The translations under genes were made by a program, and so were the position numbers. From positions 1 through 45,946 of IMG/VR virus record IMGVR_UViG_3300029682_000009: DNA of 45,946 nt, one strand, 5' to 3'. Under the pieces are notes generated by a model. It did not search any database. It was not told the origin of the DNA and saw nothing but the letters and a program-made list of their open reading frames with translations. Shown here in pieces: positions 43,405 to 45,946 of this stretch. Every line of letters starts with the position of its first letter. Position 1 is the stretch's first letter. Source of the DNA: a virus.

Positions 43405-44448
43405 TTACTCCGGCAAGCGCAAGAAATAAGCGAGCGTGTAAAAAGGCGGCTCATTGGTAACGCCTGTGATCTTTGCGTTAGCTGTTAAGGTGTGCGTGTG
43501 CGTTTGACTTCCACCAGTAGAACCGATACTCAATCCATGCTGATGAGAGCCGTTAGAAGATGTTTCTCCCGTCCAAGTTCTGGACGCATCGATATTGAAA
43601 ACACCTCGACCATTTTGACGACCATCGGAGCATCCGGGATGATCGCCTACGTAAACAAGAGGACCGTTACCAATCACGCTCAACCAGTTGGCGGAAATTT
43701 GTCCGGTGATGTTCATTGAACCTCTTGTGTGGGTATGAGCACCTGCAGGAGATGTGCTACCTGAATGAGAATGTGCTGGCATCTGTGCGGCCGTCAGCGC
43801 AGTAGCACCAACTGTGCCGTTAACGGTCAAATCTGGAATCTCAATAGTTGAAGCACCGCCAGTTGTGCCCGAATCTTTTGGTAAAGAGCCTTTTATAAAT
43901 TTTCCAATCAAGTTTGGAGTTACACCATTCTTCCCGTCACTCTGGCCATCACAAAGGATCCAACCTTCGTCGGCTTGAGTAGTACCCCAAAAAACTGGGC
44001 GTCTCCCATCACTTCCACCTAATGTCACGTTATGAAACGGAACTACGGCGCCGGCTGGAACGGTAATGTCGATATTTTTCCAAACTGCTCTGTTAGTTCC
44101 AGGCGCCACCTTTGTGGTTGATGGTCCGTTGGCTTGGATGCAGCGGTACTTAGTCCCATTCTGCATAACCTCGTTCCCAACTTCGTAGTCCAAGAGAGCG
44201 GAATAATTCATAATCCCGCCCTGTTGATACCACAGCAAAAATTGAGAAAGCAAGAAAAAGACGCCATTGAAGTCCGATTTAAACGGAGGAATGCCGCCTT
44301 GTTCGATGGGAATAGCATTTTCTCGTCCCCAACCTATTTGCTGAGAGAGTCGTCCTAAACCAGCTTCTTCTGAAGTTAACGGAGGAATGGTAATTTCTCC
44401 GTCCTGGGCGATAGCCGCGCTTAATTGATACTTTGGATAATTACTCAT
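43405..44448 (-). CDS. Tail fibre / tail-collar domain protein
   Basis: GWILCDGQSDGKNGVTPNLIGKFIKGS collar-type motif; MPAHSHSGSTSPAGAHTHT and GSHQHG..QTHTHT His-x-His repeats. Confidence 0.7.
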   Translation of the reverse strand: MSNYPKYQLSAAIAQDGEITIPPLTSEEAGLGRLSQQIGWGRENAIPIEQGGIPPFKSDFNGVFFLLSQFLLWYQQGGIMNYSALLDYEVGNEVMQNGTKYRCIQANGPSTTKVAPGTNRAVWKNIDITVPAGAVVPFHNVTLGGSDGRRPVFWGTTQADEGWILCDGQSDGKNGVTPNLIGKFIKGSLPKDSGTTGGASTIEIPDLTVNGTVGATALTAAQMPAHSHSGSTSPAGAHTHTRGSMNITGQISANWLSVIGNGPLVYVGDHPGCSDGRQNGRGVFNIDASRTWTGETSSNGSHQHGLSIGSTGGSQTHTHTLTANAKITGVTNEPPFYTLAYFLRLPE

Positions 44449-45074
44449 ATCTCAATGACCTTTGAGGGATTGAAGACACCTTGATTAAAGGGCAATAAAT
44501 TGGATCCGAAGAATCCGAATACCAGATTGTTTGGAACGACCGTCTCCACATTTGCCAAAACCCCAGCAGGCCTGTTTAACAATCCGTAGTTTTGCAAAAT
44601 GGCGATTTGGACAGCAGAGGGATCTCCAACAATGCGAATCGTTATCGTCATATCCTGGTAGTCGGTGACAAATGCCGGCAGGCCTATCAACCGAGTAAGC
44701 AAAGAATTAATGGTTTCAGCCGTAGAGTTCGAGACGTTTACGACGGCTCGATAAAAAATCAGGAACCGGAAAAACTCATCATCCAGCCGAGTGTCCTGAC
44801 CGTCAACAACGAGGTTACGATTCACGCCTACGCGCTTCCCCCACCAATCCAGCCAAACCCCGGAGGCTGTATCAGGGTTCAATATGAAATTAAAAAACGC
44901 GTCCAGTTGAGGAGACGCGTCTATTTCGGCATTGAAAAGTAATCCTAATTGTCTGTATCGCTCTGAGTGCGAATACTGCGACTGGAGCGCTATAGAAATA
45001 AGCGATCGGACATTTGAGAGTTTTCTGAAATCCTCAACACTCAGAATATTCCGCCAAGTTGCAGAATCTGCCAT
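44445..45074 (-). CDS. Baseplate/tail protein (DUF2612-like recall)
   Basis: 209 aa following J; GVWLDWWGKRVGVNRN motif. Confidence 0.55.
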   Translation of the reverse strand: MADSATWRNILSVEDFRKLSNVRSLISIALQSQYSHSERYRQLGLLFNAEIDASPQLDAFFNFILNPDTASGVWLDWWGKRVGVNRNLVVDGQDTRLDDEFFRFLIFYRAVVNVSNSTAETINSLLTRLIGLPAFVTDYQDMTITIRIVGDPSAVQIAILQNYGLLNRPAGVLANVETVVPNNLVFGFFGSNLLPFNQGVFNPSKVIEI

Positions 45075-45076
45075 CG

Positions 45077-45946
45077 TTAGCCTCCTGTTTGGAATACAAG
45101 AGAGACATCGGACTCTTGAATCGTGGGCTCCACATTCGCAGGAATCTGGACACTGGATCCGAAAGCTCCGGATCCCAGAGCTACTTGGATGGATGCAACC
45201 GGAACGGCTGTAGCTGACTGAATTGCGGCATAGAACCGAGACGCGTAGACAGTCGACGCCAAAGAAACGCGGTCATTCGCACCCTGTCCTAGAACATCAT
45301 TGATCACAGTCTGAATGACGTTGTTTTTCTCGGTTGGATTCATTGAAGTGGCAAAGAATTCGATCTTTACCTTCAAGGCTTGATTCTGCGGCCTGACAAT
45401 GTTGTAGACGTAGGTGGCGTTGTAGAACCTAGAATCTGTGTACGAAACCTGATAAGTTCCAGTAGTCCCGCACCCTGCGTCCTTTCGCTGATAGATCGTT
45501 TGAGCGATCTGCTCATCCTCTCCGCCAACGATAGCGACCAGAATGGAATGAGGATTGATGCTCACGCCAAATTGAGTGATGGCGGCATTCGTCGGATTCT
45601 CTAAAACTCTGACATCGAGAACGCCCTCTAACGCGGCCAAATTTGCCTCAATCGCTTCGACATACCCGGTGGCATTGACAGCATAGCTTTCAACCATTCG
45701 GTTTCTAAGTTCTGCGTCCGTCTCTTCATCTCGGCCGATGACGCCGGCGGACGGATTGTTAATGGTGTCCCATCCTGCAATCGTTGTGACGATCCTGTTC
45801 ACTGCTCCCGCCGCTACTTCTAACGGTCCGTGTTCGATTGCAGTAAATGTAGTAGTGACACTTCCTGTGTCTCCGATTCGTGCGCCTGCTGCCGCCGAAT
45901 GTCTGTACTGGTTGCCGAGAGAATCTTGAGCGATCGCACCATAGGG
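45077..45946 (-). CDS. Baseplate J-like protein, C-terminal part (continues from 1..444 through the overlap)
   Basis: Frame open from window end to stop at 45077; 45848..45946 duplicates 1..99. Confidence 0.8.
   Translation of the reverse strand, partial: PYGAIAQDSLGNQYRHSAAAGARIGDTGSVTTTFTAIEHGPLEVAAGAVNRIVTTIAGWDTINNPSAGVIGRDEETDAELRNRMVESYAVNATGYVEAIEANLAALEGVLDVRVLENPTNAAITQFGVSINPHSILVAIVGGEDEQIAQTIYQRKDAGCGTTGTYQVSYTDSRFYNATYVYNIVRPQNQALKVKIEFFATSMNPTEKNNVIQTVINDVLGQGANDRVSLASTVYASRFYAAIQSATAVPVASIQVALGSGAFGSSVQIPANVEPTIQESDVSLVFQTGG
45848..45946. repeat. Terminal overlap, identical to 1..99
   Basis: Direct comparison of the two ends. Confidence 0.95.

Larger units (their letters stand above)
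1..45946. mobile_element. Complete temperate tailed-phage genome (contractile-tail type), circularly closed contig
   Basis: Full set of lysogeny, replication, packaging, head, tail, baseplate, fibre and lysis modules plus integrase/att region; ends overlap by 99 bp. Confidence 0.9.

Noticed and set aside
39348-44448. A diversity-generating retroelement or invertible (Gin/Cin-type) segment as the source of fibre variation
   Set aside because: I saw no reverse transcriptase, no template/variable repeat pair and no serine invertase. All cassettes share one orientation, and none are flanked by inverted repeats.

Overview
The window is a circularly closed, roughly 45.85-kb temperate tailed-phage genome; bases 1..99 are identical to 45848..45946. 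It has a contractile, myovirus-type tail module. The host is probably Gram-negative, because an i-spanin/o-spanin pair is present. On the minus strand, reading from 24562 downwards, lie cro, a replication organiser, a DnaC-like loader, small membrane and Cys-rich genes, a DUF1064-like nuclease and a lipoprotein moron. These are followed by a ParB-like gene, TerS, TerL, portal, Mu-F-like protein, protease/scaffold, major capsid, neck, sheath, tube, a chaperone with a -1 frameshift, and the tape measure. The baseplate follows, and its J gene wraps across the contig ends. Then come DUF2612, two fibre genes and a fibre assembly gene. After these come a six-gene paralog array, a terminator, holin, endolysin, spanins, DUF1643 and a 57-aa NrdD-C-terminus-like ORF. 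The plus strand (24687..35610) carries a cI-like repressor, a three-gene AT-rich module, and tandem terminators. These are followed by an operator/promoter, a roughly 620-nt untranslated leader, a YqaJ exonuclease, RecT, morons, Rha, a MazG-like gene and a Xis-like gene. An integrase, a complete tRNA-Leu(CAG) and arm-type repeats form the att region (35594..37175). The most unusual feature is the array at 39348..41769. It holds six diverged paralogs that share an M-L/F-K-x-L leader, and three of them carry G9 tracts that I saw nowhere else in the window. As assembled, these tracts switch one paralog off and fuse two others across their neighbours in an alternative frame. This looks like a homopolymer phase-variation switch acting on candidate receptor-binding accessory proteins. 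Family names are recalled from motifs and synteny and were not searched. No CRISPR array, rRNA, transposase or reverse transcriptase was seen.
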